From Actinomycetes bacterium (GTDB lineage Bacteria > Actinomycetota > Acidimicrobiia > Acidimicrobiales > Bog-793), in the NCBI GenBank assembly GCA_021796455.1, contig JAKACA010000002.1:916-64915 (forward strand): 64,000 nucleotides of DNA. Direction: 5' to 3'. The notes beneath the pieces were generated by a model. The model had not been told where the DNA came from. It saw only the letters and a program-made list of their open reading frames with translations, and searched no databases. A program made the translations under genes and the position numbers. Within the stretch, counting starts at the first letter, position 1. Every line of letters begins with the position of its first letter. Below, piece after piece: positions 1 to 8,587 of the stretch.

Positions 1-411
1 CGGACGCTGCCAGGAGAGAACGAAGTCAATCGCCGACTCGACGACGGGCCAGTACGACTCGACGAAGGAGAGGTCGGCAGTGGCAAGGTAGTGGTGCCAG
101 ATGCCGGCAGCGATGTAGGCACAGACGTTGGTGTCACGCTTCGGATCTTCGATCGAGCCGTCCGACCGGTAGTAGTTGCACCAGGAACCGTCGCCCAGCT
201 GAGTCGCGCGCAACCACTCGTAGGCTCGCTCGGCGGCAATCGAGCGCCCGGCGGCAGACAGAGCCATGGCTGACTCGACGTGGTTCCAGGGATCGCAGTG
301 TCCACCCTCGAACCAGGGGACCATACCGCTTGGTAGCTGGCATCGCTCGATCGACTGGGCCGTCGCGCAGATCTCGTCCTTGCTCAGGACAACCACGGGA
401 GGCTCGATCAC
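1..411 (-). CDS. prenyltransferase-like / terpene-cyclase-like (alpha/alpha)6-barrel protein; C-terminal part lies outside the window
   Basis: My own minus-strand translation from GTG 411 gives VIEPPVVVLSKDEICATAQSIERCQLPSGMVPWFEGGHCDPWNHVESAMALSAAG...LGDGSWCNYY...AAGIWHHY, open to position 1. The GGHxDPWNHVExAMAL and DGSW elements match the family usually labelled prenyltransferase. The GTG start overlaps the TGA of the upstream methyltransferase (GTGA). It is absent from the ORF track because no stop lies in the window. Confidence 0.55.
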   Translation of the reverse strand, partial: MIEPPVVVLSKDEICATAQSIERCQLPSGMVPWFEGGHCDPWNHVESAMALSAAGRSIAAERAYEWLRATQLGDGSWCNYYRSDGSIEDPKRDTNVCAYIAAGIWHHYLATADLSFVESYWPVVESAIDFVLSWQRP

Positions 412-1202
412 GAAGCGTGCTCGACATAGACCACCAGGCTCTTGCCGATCAGCGGAGTCAGCAGCTTGTCGGCGAAGCGGGTGGCGGCCGGTCTTCGTAC
501 GATGTCCCACACGAGGAGTTGGTGGACGAGACGGACAGCAGGGTGCGCATCGTTGCTCACGCCCACTAGGCACTTGAGCCACCAGTACGGGCTGTGCAGT
601 CCGTGGGCGTGGTGAGTGGCGACTGGCCGCAGCCCAGCCGCCTCGAGTCGGGACAGCAGCTGGCTGCGCTTGTAGATCCGCACGTGGCCACCGGGCACGT
701 TGTGATAGGCGTCCGAAAGCACCCAGTTGATCATCTCGGGGCCGTAGCGGGGCACCGTCACCGCCATGCGCCCAGAAGGCTTGAGCACCCTCGCGAGCTC
801 GCTCAGAGCCAAGCCGTCGTCGCGAAGGTGCTCGAGCACCTCTGCGGCGATCACCCGGTCGAAGCTGGAGTCGGGAAACGGCAGACGAGACGCGGTCCCC
901 TGCACCTCGAGGTTCGCGCCACCATTTCGATTCTCCTTCGCCTCGGCCATCGCGGCCATCATCGCGGAGACGGCCGTCAGCTCCGCTAAGTCCGCATCAA
1001 GGGCGACGAGAGCGGCGCCGCGGCGGTAGCACTCAAACGCGTGACGTCCTCCACCGCAGCCGAGATCGAGGACCGTCTCCCCAGCTCTCAGCCCGAGGAG
1101 CTCGAAGTCGACTGTCAGCATGACAGGGAGGAAGTTGAGTCCGTGCTTTGGCTTGGTAAGCCACCCGAGGGCGGTCGCCCCGGCTTGCGAGAGCCAGGCC
1201 AA
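408..1202 (-). CDS. class I SAM-dependent methyltransferase (type 11-like)
   Basis: Motif I VLDLGCGGGRHA, then RVIAAEVLEHL and KPSGRMAV. The start is TTG 1202; an alternative ATG at 1121 lies 7 nt before the glycosyltransferase stop. Third-position GC stays high in this frame across 1122-1202, which favours the long form. Confidence 0.85.
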   Translation of the reverse strand: MAWLSQAGATALGWLTKPKHGLNFLPVMLTVDFELLGLRAGETVLDLGCGGGRHAFECYRRGAALVALDADLAELTAVSAMMAAMAEAKENRNGGANLEVQGTASRLPFPDSSFDRVIAAEVLEHLRDDGLALSELARVLKPSGRMAVTVPRYGPEMINWVLSDAYHNVPGGHVRIYKRSQLLSRLEAAGLRPVATHHAHGLHSPYWWLKCLVGVSNDAHPAVRLVHQLLVWDIVRRPAATRFADKLLTPLIGKSLVVYVEHAS

Positions 1203-2488
1203 CTTGGCCCAGATCCATCATGCGCAGCCCGCGCATGGTATTCGAGCAGGAGGCGGTACTGCTCGACGGTGAGGCGGGCCGTGACGGGCCAGGTGAAGCG
1301 CTCCAGAGCACGCCTCCTGCCCGCCGCACCGATCCGCGCACGCAGATCCGCGTCGGCCAGAGCACGCATGAGACCGCCGGCGAGAGAACCAGGGTCGTTC
1401 GGTGCCACCAGCAACGCCGTGTTCCCGTCGGTGCCTACCACTTCGGGCAGGGCTCCCCCTGTCGTGGCCACGAGGGCCACGCCACTTGCCATCGCCTCGA
1501 TCGCGGGCAACGAGAAACCCTCATAGAGAGAAGGCACCACGGCCACTTCAGCTGATCCGTAGAGCGCGGAGAGCTCGTCGTCTGAGATGCCCGAAACGAA
1601 CCGCACCGCCGGCTCGAGTCCCAGCCTCTTCAAGACCGCCGGCACAAGGCTCCCATCCCTCAGTCGCCCGACCACGACGAGGTGACTGTCCCTTTGCTCG
1701 GCTCTTATTCGTGCGAGGGCTTCGAGCAGGGGAAGAAGACCCTTCATCGGGACGTCCGCGCTGGCGGTCGTGACGATCCTGCCGGGCACTCGCGCAATGT
1801 CCGGCCGTGGCCGGAACACTTTGTCGTCGACACCGACTGGAACGACTGCCATGCGAGCCTCCTCGACGCCAAGCTGCTCGGCGATGTCGCGACACGAGGA
1901 GGCGGACACGGTGACGATGCGAGGGATCTGCCGCGCGACCCTTGTTTGCATCCCGACAAAGCCGTACCAGCGGCGCAGCGTGAGCCGCCGTGCGAGAGAG
2001 GTGGCGTGCGAGAGATCGAGCGCACGGTCGACCGTGATCGGGTGGTGGATCGTCCCCATGAGCGGCCACCCGTCTCGCATCATTCCAAGCAGCCCGCTGC
2101 CGAGCGACTGGTTGTCGTGCACTAGGTCGAAATCACCGCGCCGCCCCGCGAGCAGCTTGCGTGCGCGCAGCGTGAAGGTACGGGGCTCGGGGAACCCTGC
2201 CGTGCACATGATCCCGAACTCGAGGAGATCTACCGAGGTCTTGAGCTCTGCAAAGCGCGGGACCCTGAACGGATCCGGCTCGCGGTACAAGTCGAGGCTG
2301 GGGACTGGCACGAAACCCACCCCGTCCCCTAGCTCGGGGTATGGCTGACCGGAGAAAACCGTCACCTCGTGGCCCAGCTTGGCGAGCTCTCTCGTCAGGT
2401 GGCGAGTGTAGACACCCTGTCCGCCACAACGCGGGTTGCCACGGTAGACGAGGTACGCGACGCGAAGCCGCTCCGCATCAGCGCTCAT
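1115..2488 (-). CDS. glycosyltransferase family 4 (GT-B, group 1)
   Basis: N-terminus RVAYLVY..GGQGVYTRHLTRELAKLGHEVTVF. C-terminal donor-binding region PSLYEGFSLPAIEAMASGVALVATTGGALPEVV. The last ~30 codons are low-complexity and overlap the next gene. Confidence 0.9.
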   Translation of the reverse strand: MSADAERLRVAYLVYRGNPRCGGQGVYTRHLTRELAKLGHEVTVFSGQPYPELGDGVGFVPVPSLDLYREPDPFRVPRFAELKTSVDLLEFGIMCTAGFPEPRTFTLRARKLLAGRRGDFDLVHDNQSLGSGLLGMMRDGWPLMGTIHHPITVDRALDLSHATSLARRLTLRRWYGFVGMQTRVARQIPRIVTVSASSCRDIAEQLGVEEARMAVVPVGVDDKVFRPRPDIARVPGRIVTTASADVPMKGLLPLLEALARIRAEQRDSHLVVVGRLRDGSLVPAVLKRLGLEPAVRFVSGISDDELSALYGSAEVAVVPSLYEGFSLPAIEAMASGVALVATTGGALPEVVGTDGNTALLVAPNDPGSLAGGLMRALADADLRARIGAAGRRRALERFTWPVTARLTVEQYRLLLEYHARAAHDGSGPSWPGSRKPGRPPSGGLPSQSTDSTSSLSC

Positions 2489-2584
2489 TAGCCTTCAAGC
2501 CTTCCTGCTCAGTCCCCTCGGTGCAACTTGTGCGCCGAAGAGGCGCAGGACGTCATGGGCGCAACCAGACCTAGGGTATCGGCT

Positions 2585-3646
2585 ATGCGCTACCGCACGA
2601 TAGGCAACACCGGCATACAGGTAAGCCCTTACTGCTTAGGGGCCATGATGTTCGGAGCGTGGGGAAATCCTGACCACGAGGAGGGAGTCAGGATAATCCA
2701 CCGAGCCCTCGCCGCAGGCATCAACTTCGTCGACACCGCCGACGTCTACTCCCGCGGCGAATCCGAGGAGATAGTCGCCAAGGCGCTGAAGGGTCGCCGC
2801 GACTCGGTCGTTCTGGCAACGAAAGTCCACGGTCAGATGGGCGACAACCCTCACGACCCAAATCAGCAGGGCAACTCGCGGCGCTGGATCATCCACGAGG
2901 TGGAGCAGTCCCTGCGGCGTCTTGGCACCGACTACATCGACCTCTACCAGGTTCACCGCCCCGACCCCGATACAGACATCAGTGAGACGCTCTCGGCTCT
3001 CTCCGACCTGGTGCACTCGGGCAAAGTGCGCGCGATCGGGTCGTCCACCTTCCCGGCAGAGCAGATAGTGGAGGCGCAGTGGGCAGCTGAGCGCGGCGGG
3101 TTCCAGTCCTTCCGTTGCGAGCAGCCGCCCTACTCACTCTTTGCCCGCGGCATCGAATCGGCAGTCCTGCCGACGTGCGAACGCTACGGGATGGGCGTCA
3201 TCGCCTGGAGCCCGCTGGGCGGTGGTTGGCTCACTGGCCGCTACCGCAAGGACCGGGACGTCGACATGACCACAGGCCGGGCTGCGCGCCTGCCGGCACG
3301 CTTCGACCCGGGGATCCCTCAGAACCGGGCCAAGATGGACGTGATTGAGCAGCTGGAAGAGGTGGCTGCAGCATGCGGCACCTCGCTCACCCATCTGGCA
3401 ATCGCCTTCGTCATCACCCACCCCGCCGTCACCTCGGCCATCATCGGCCCGAGGACGATGGAACAGCTCGAGGATCTGCTCGACGGAGTGGATGTCGAAC
3501 TCGACGACGCAACCCTCGACCGGCTCGATCAGGTCGTGCCACCGGGAGCAAACATGAACCCCGCCGATGCCGGATGGGAACCACCAGCCATCTCACAGCC
3601 TTGGCGGCGGCGGCGGCCCCCTAAGCTGAGGTCCGCCGGCACCTGA
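2585..3646 (+). CDS. aldo/keto reductase
   Basis: MRYRTIGNTGIQVSPYCLGAMMFG, DTADVYSRGESEEIV, IDLYQVHRPD, AIAFVITHPAVTSAIIGPRT. The start is set at ATG 2585; the ORF opens at 2528. Confidence 0.9.
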   Translation: MRYRTIGNTGIQVSPYCLGAMMFGAWGNPDHEEGVRIIHRALAAGINFVDTADVYSRGESEEIVAKALKGRRDSVVLATKVHGQMGDNPHDPNQQGNSRRWIIHEVEQSLRRLGTDYIDLYQVHRPDPDTDISETLSALSDLVHSGKVRAIGSSTFPAEQIVEAQWAAERGGFQSFRCEQPPYSLFARGIESAVLPTCERYGMGVIAWSPLGGGWLTGRYRKDRDVDMTTGRAARLPARFDPGIPQNRAKMDVIEQLEEVAAACGTSLTHLAIAFVITHPAVTSAIIGPRTMEQLEDLLDGVDVELDDATLDRLDQVVPPGANMNPADAGWEPPAISQPWRRRRPPKLRSAGT

Positions 3647-3723
3647 GCGCTCGGCACTTCGAGGCTATGGGACTACGCCAAGCACAAGCGGACCGCCGCC
3701 GGCGCGCCAGCGACTGTGTCGCG

Positions 3724-3969
3724 TCAGCTCCAGCGAGCGCCTCGCCGTGCTCCTGGCACACCGTCGTTCACGCGATGGACGTCGGTCACAACGACAGCCT
3801 CAGGTAAGCGGTGATGAGGCTCAGGCGTCGTGTGGTACGTCGTGGTTACTGCGGCGCCGAGCGCAGCGAGCACGAGCAAGGCCGCGACCACAAGAACGGG
3901 CTTGGTCGATGGCCTGTCACTTGCACCCGCAGACGGCCTTCCTTGACTCCCCACCTTCACCTCCAGCAC
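3724..3969 (-). CDS. hypothetical small membrane-anchored protein (weak call)
   Basis: One hydrophobic helix (KPVLVVAALLVLAALGAAV). A GGAGGTGAAGG SD-like stretch overlaps the 5' end. Third-position GC is only moderate, and no family was recognised. Confidence 0.25.
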   Translation of the reverse strand: MLEVKVGSQGRPSAGASDRPSTKPVLVVAALLVLAALGAAVTTTYHTTPEPHHRLPEAVVVTDVHRVNDGVPGARRGARWS

Positions 3970-4117
3970 GTCCTAGTCGAGCTGTCTCGAGCTCCTACCT
4001 CACAAGACGCCTAGCTCACCAAACTACTTGCGCCGAAGTTGGCAATCTGGCAGAGGTCCGAGCGACCGAGTCGGAAGTATCGGGCGACCGGTAACCGAGA
4101 CAGCGCACAACAGCCCA

Positions 4118-4507
4118 CTAGGTGAGTGGAACGTAGCCACCCCGGCCCATGGACGAGCTCTCGAGGAAATCCATCGACTCGTCGACGGTGCCTCTTACCT
4201 CGGTGACCCAGGGCAGGCGCTGGCGCATCAATCGCTCGACGCCGCCCTGCAGGGTGAGACCGGAGATGGCACAAGATCCGCATGCTCCCTGCAGCTGCAC
4301 CTCGACTACACCGATATCGAGGTCGACGTCGATGAGCACGAGGTCACCCCCGTCCTCCTGGACCGCGGGCCGCATAAGATCCATCAGCTGCTCGAGAGCC
4401 GCCATACGCTCGACCCTTTCTGCCTCGTCGGGCTGCGAGTCGCCGGGGCGAGCTGGGCCAGTTTCGCTGTCGCCCCTGCCCGATTCGTTGACCTCGACCT
4501 GTGACAC
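4118..4507 (-). CDS. NifU/Nfu C-terminal-domain Fe-S cluster carrier protein
   Basis: LMRPAVQEDGGDLVLIDVD...VEVQLQGACGSCAISGLTLQGGVERLM (CxxC Nfu motif). The start is set at GTG 4507, preceded by AAGGAG with a 6-nt spacer. The ORF-track frame opens at 4690. Confidence 0.8.
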   Translation of the reverse strand: MSQVEVNESGRGDSETGPARPGDSQPDEAERVERMAALEQLMDLMRPAVQEDGGDLVLIDVDLDIGVVEVQLQGACGSCAISGLTLQGGVERLMRQRLPWVTEVRGTVDESMDFLESSSMGRGGYVPLT

Positions 4508-4598
4508 GTGCTGCTCCTTGGTGCCGCCTCGTTGCTTCGGGCCGACGCGCCCTTCACAGATGATACGAAGACAGAGGCGGACACCGTACAGTTTCCCC

Positions 4599-5441
4599 GT
4601 GCAACTCGTCGTGATGGCAGCAGGCCACGGTCGTCGTTTCGGCGGTTTGAAGCAGCTCGCGCCGGTTGGCCCGAACGGCGAGGCGCTCATGGATTACACG
4701 GCCAAGGACGCCCTCGTAGCGGGTTTCGACCACGTAGTGCTCATCGTGCGGGAGGAGATCCGCGCGGAGATCTTGGACCACACAAGCGCGTACTGGCCCC
4801 GAGGGCTGGAAGTGAGCGCGCTGATCCAGGGTCCCGTCGCGGGAACGGCGCAGGCCGTCGCGACGGCAGAGCCGTTGATCGACGGGTCGTTCGGTGTTGC
4901 CAACGCTGACGACTTCTACGGAACGCAGGCCATGAGAATGCTGGCTGACCAGGTGCAGAGCCTCGGTCCCGATGAGCACGTCATCGTCGGGTACCGCCTT
5001 GATGAGACTGTCCTTACGGACGCGCCCGTCACGAGAGGCGTCTGCGTGACGGGACCGGACGGGTACCTCCGGGCCGTGCGGGAACATACCGTGCAACGCC
5101 TTCAGGGAGGTGGAGGGTTCACCGGTCGGGCTCTCGGCGCGGCCGCCACCGAGGAGAGTGACGAGTTGAGTGGAGCCGAGGTCGTGTCCATGAATCTCTG
5201 GGGTTTCTCGGAGGGGATCTTCGATGACCTCGGCAGGGCCCTCGGCCTCTTCGGCGTGGAGAAGTCGCCGAGCAAAGGGGGCAGGCCTCCCGAGCTCCTC
5301 CTGCCCGAAGTCGTCGGAGATCTTGTCGCCGCCGAGCTCGCCAGGGTGCGAGTCACGCAGGCCGAGGGGCGGTGCGTCGGTCTGACGCACCCTGAGGACA
5401 TTCCGCTCGTGCGCGAGCTGCTTCTCGCGGCGCGGCACTGA
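4599..5441 (+). CDS. NTP-transferase domain protein (sugar-phosphate nucleotidyltransferase-like)
   Basis: VVMAAGHGRRFGGLKQLAPVGP (GxGxR loop), GTAQAV, ANADDFYG. Only the last ~280 codons of ORF 4149..5441 look coding. The start is uncertain (GTG 4599, ATG 4560 or ATG 4614). Confidence 0.7.
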   Translation: MQLVVMAAGHGRRFGGLKQLAPVGPNGEALMDYTAKDALVAGFDHVVLIVREEIRAEILDHTSAYWPRGLEVSALIQGPVAGTAQAVATAEPLIDGSFGVANADDFYGTQAMRMLADQVQSLGPDEHVIVGYRLDETVLTDAPVTRGVCVTGPDGYLRAVREHTVQRLQGGGGFTGRALGAAATEESDELSGAEVVSMNLWGFSEGIFDDLGRALGLFGVEKSPSKGGRPPELLLPEVVGDLVAAELARVRVTQAEGRCVGLTHPEDIPLVRELLLAARH

Positions 5442-5452
5442 GCCCCTCGGCA

Positions 5453-6217
5453 ATGTGCGGACGGTTCGTCGCAACTCGGCCGATCACTGACGTTGCCGCG
5501 GCTTTCGGCGTTCGAGACGTCGAGGTACCGGCGGAGCTGATGGCGCCTCGATGGAACGTCGCACCGACCGACGGCGTCACCGCAGTGACCACTTGGCTCC
5601 CCGAAGACGAGACGGAACCCCGGCGGCGCTTGACCGACTACCGGTGGGGCCTGGTGCCTCCCTGGGCCAGGGATCCAAGTGTCGGTGTCCGCGCGTTCAA
5701 CGCCCGTGCGGAGACCTTGTCCGAGCGTCCGAGCTTTCGGGCCGCCCTCAAAGCCCGCCGCTGCTTGATCCCTGCCGACGCCTTCTATGAGTGGCAGAGG
5801 GTCCCAGGCGAGGGCGGGAAGATCGTAAGACGCCAACCGTGGTGCTTCGAGGCAGCAGATGGCGACCTGCTTGCGCTCGCCGGACTGTGGGAGGCCTGGG
5901 CACCCAAGACCGGGGCGACCCCGGAGATTGCGCCATCTGGAGCAGGATGGCATGGCGATTGGCTGCTTTCATGTACTGTCATCACCACTGATGCCAATGC
6001 GTCGGTCGCGCCGGTGCACGAGCGAATGCCGGTCATATTGCAGCAAGCAGATTGGTCATCCTGGCTCAGCCGGGAACAACTCGACCCTCGAGAGCTCGAC
6101 GCCATGCTCAAGCCCGCCCCAGAGGATTTCTTGAAGTCGTACGCGGTGTCGACGGCCGTCAACAGCGGCCGCGCCGATGGTCCCGAGCTCATGGCACCGC
6201 TTCGCGCGTCCAGCTGA
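5453..6217 (+). CDS. SOS response-associated peptidase (SRAP/YedK family, abasic-site processing)
   Basis: Begins MCGRF (catalytic Cys2). WNVAPT, RAFNARAET and ADAFYEW motifs are present. Confidence 0.9.
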   Translation: MCGRFVATRPITDVAAAFGVRDVEVPAELMAPRWNVAPTDGVTAVTTWLPEDETEPRRRLTDYRWGLVPPWARDPSVGVRAFNARAETLSERPSFRAALKARRCLIPADAFYEWQRVPGEGGKIVRRQPWCFEAADGDLLALAGLWEAWAPKTGATPEIAPSGAGWHGDWLLSCTVITTDANASVAPVHERMPVILQQADWSSWLSREQLDPRELDAMLKPAPEDFLKSYAVSTAVNSGRADGPELMAPLRASS

Positions 6218-6236
6218 GACCGCTCTGGCAGGTCGC

Positions 6237-8288
6237 TCACGAAGAGACAGGCGCCAGCGGCAGTTGCGATGACGCCTTGGCCGCCGTGGATCCGCCAACG
6301 AGAGCGTACCTTCTTGCCGCGGCGAGGACCGAGGAGGCGATACCCTCCCGGTCGAGACCGAGACGGGCCAGAATCTCGTCAGGCTTGCCGTGAGCGATAT
6401 AGGTGGTGGGTGCGCCAAGCACCAGGCACCTCGGCTCGGGGAGCCCACGACTTCTCGCAAGGTCGTCAGCCTCGCCGCAAAGAAAGGAGCCGGCGCCACC
6501 GTGTGCCAGCCCATCCTCAGCTGTGACGACCAACCGGGCTGCCGCCATCTGCTCGAGCAGCTCGGCTGGAGCCGGCCTGACAACACGAGGATCTATCACT
6601 GTCACGTCGAGGCCTTCGCCCGAGAGCTCCTCAGCGGCATTGAGGCAGGCCCGTGCGAGCTTGCCGATGCCGACCAGCACGACATCACCCGATCCTTCGC
6701 GCAAAATTCTCGCTTCCATTCCCGCGCCTACCGGTGCTAATGGTCCAGGCGACGGGGTCTTTGGATAGCGAACGAGAGACGGACCCTCGTGAGCCAAGGC
6801 CGAGGTCAGCGCGCCCTCGATCTCGGCCGGCTCCGATGGTGCAAAGATCGCGAGGTTCGGGATCTGGAGGGCCTGCACCATATCGTACAGGCCATGGTGG
6901 GAGGGTCCATCGTCGCCGGTAATGCCAGCGCGATCTGCTACTACGACGACGTTCAGACCATGAAGTCCCACGTCCAGGTTCCACTGGTCGACCGCCCGGG
7001 CGAGAAAAGTCGAGTAGATCGCGACCACTGGCCTCAGCCCGGCCATGGCCATCCCGGCGGCCGCGGTGAGAGCATGCTGCTCTGCTATCCCCACGTCGAA
7101 GAAACGCTCCGGGAAGTGATCCTGGAAGCTGAGCAACCCCGTCGGCCCAGGCATGGCGGCAGTGATCGCCACGATGCGGTTGTCTGATTCGGCGGCGCCC
7201 ACGAGCGCCTTGGAGAATGCCTCGGTATAGCTTTCGCCGACACGTTGAGGCGCCGCCAGCGCGCCCGCGTCGTCCGTGGGAGCTCCCACCCGGGGCAAAG
7301 GGCCGGGACTCTGGACGGGCCCGGAGCCACTTGGAGGCTGAGACACCGGCGGCAAGTGGTGTTGCACGGCCCGGAAGTCATGGAGCTTTTGGATCTCATC
7401 GTCCTCGGCGGGGCCGTAGCCCTTGCCCTTGGTCGTAAGGACATGGAGAACGATCGGGCCGGGCCAAGCGGCGGCTCGGCGCAGCGCCTGCTCGGTAGCG
7501 GCGATGTCGTGGCCGTCGAGCGGACCTGCGTAGCGGACTCCAAGGGCCTCGAAGAAGACGTGCGGCTCCACCACCTCGCGCAGAGCCGAGGTGAGTCCAT
7601 GGATCGACGCATATGCGACTGACCCGACACCCGAGGGGAGGTCACGGAGATGAGTCCGAATTCGCTCGCGCAGTTGCACGTACCGTGGGTCGAGGCGCAA
7701 CTGGGTCAGGGATCCCGACAGTTTCGAGATCGTTGGCGCGTAGCTACGGCCGTTGTCGTTGAGGACGATCAGGACCCGGGCACCGGAGTGGCCGAGGTTG
7801 TTGAGCGCCTCGTACGCAAGGCCCCCGGTGAGGGCCCCGTCACCCACCACAGCCACTACCCGGCGGTCACCCCTGGACTGGTCGGCTCCACCCTCGAGCC
7901 GCAATGCGGACGCGATCCCATATGCATAGGACAGGGCGGTGGAGGCGTGCGAGTTCTCCACGAGGTCGTGGGGCGACTCACTTCTCTTCGGGTAACCGGA
8001 GAGACCGCCGGCCTGTTTGAGGCGCTCGAAACCCCCCCGCCTCCCGGTTAGCAGCTTGTGAACGTACGCCTGATGTCCGGTGTCGAACAGGAGGAGGTCG
8101 TGCGGAGAATCGAACACGCGGTGTAACGCGATGGTCAACTCCACGATGCCGAGGTTCGACCCGAGATGACCTCCCGTCCTCGAGACAGAGTCAACGAGGA
8201 ACTCCCGGATCTCCGCGGCAAGAACCTCGCACTCGCCAGGCGAGAGCGATCTCAGGTCAGCGGGAGAGTCAATGTGGTCGAGGATCAT
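6237..8288 (-). CDS. dxs: 1-deoxy-D-xylulose-5-phosphate synthase
   Basis: GGHLGSNLGIVELTIALH, DTGHQAYVHKLLTGR, GDGALTGGLAYEALNN, and a transketolase-like C-terminal half. The start is taken at ATG 8288 (MILDHIDSPADLR...); the ORF opens at TTG 8324. It carries a longer-than-usual Pro/Ser/Gly linker (HHLPPVSQPPSGSGPVQSPGPLPRVGAPTDD). Confidence 0.95.
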   Translation of the reverse strand: MILDHIDSPADLRSLSPGECEVLAAEIREFLVDSVSRTGGHLGSNLGIVELTIALHRVFDSPHDLLLFDTGHQAYVHKLLTGRRGGFERLKQAGGLSGYPKRSESPHDLVENSHASTALSYAYGIASALRLEGGADQSRGDRRVVAVVGDGALTGGLAYEALNNLGHSGARVLIVLNDNGRSYAPTISKLSGSLTQLRLDPRYVQLRERIRTHLRDLPSGVGSVAYASIHGLTSALREVVEPHVFFEALGVRYAGPLDGHDIAATEQALRRAAAWPGPIVLHVLTTKGKGYGPAEDDEIQKLHDFRAVQHHLPPVSQPPSGSGPVQSPGPLPRVGAPTDDAGALAAPQRVGESYTEAFSKALVGAAESDNRIVAITAAMPGPTGLLSFQDHFPERFFDVGIAEQHALTAAAGMAMAGLRPVVAIYSTFLARAVDQWNLDVGLHGLNVVVVADRAGITGDDGPSHHGLYDMVQALQIPNLAIFAPSEPAEIEGALTSALAHEGPSLVRYPKTPSPGPLAPVGAGMEARILREGSGDVVLVGIGKLARACLNAAEELSGEGLDVTVIDPRVVRPAPAELLEQMAAARLVVTAEDGLAHGGAGSFLCGEADDLARSRGLPEPRCLVLGAPTTYIAHGKPDEILARLGLDREGIASSVLAAARRYALVGGSTAAKASSQLPLAPVSS

Positions 8289-8485
8289 CGTGTCGAGATA
8301 GGTTGGCCAGCTACAGCGCTGCAACCCGTGAAGCTAGAGGCTACTCCGACACGAGCGCTGAGGGGGGCAGCACCCCGGATCGACCGCGAAGCGGGCGCGA
8401 CAGCGCACCACTGCGCACATGGCCGCCTCAAGTCGCGCACTGGCGCGGTTAGCCTGTCGCGTGAATCGAGAAGGGAGGTGCCGCA

Positions 8486-8587
8486 ATGACGCGGACACTC
8501 GCTGACGGCACGGGGTGCTTCATCTCTGAACTGCTGCTATTGCAGGTCGCTACCGAGGGCTCCGCGCGGGGGGGAGCACCGAGATGA
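8486..8587 (+). CDS. candidate 33-codon upstream ORF / leader peptide of ald (MTRTLADGTGCFISELLLLQVATEGSARGGAPR)
   Basis: AAGGGAGGTG at 8471-8480 sits 7 nt (GGAGG to ATG) before ATG 8486. The in-frame TGA at 8585-8587 overlaps the ald ATG at 8584-8586. There are four consecutive Leu codons, CTG CTG CTA TTG. It is too short for the ORF track, and no homology evidence exists. Confidence 0.3.
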   Translation: MTRTLADGTGCFISELLLLQVATEGSARGGAPR

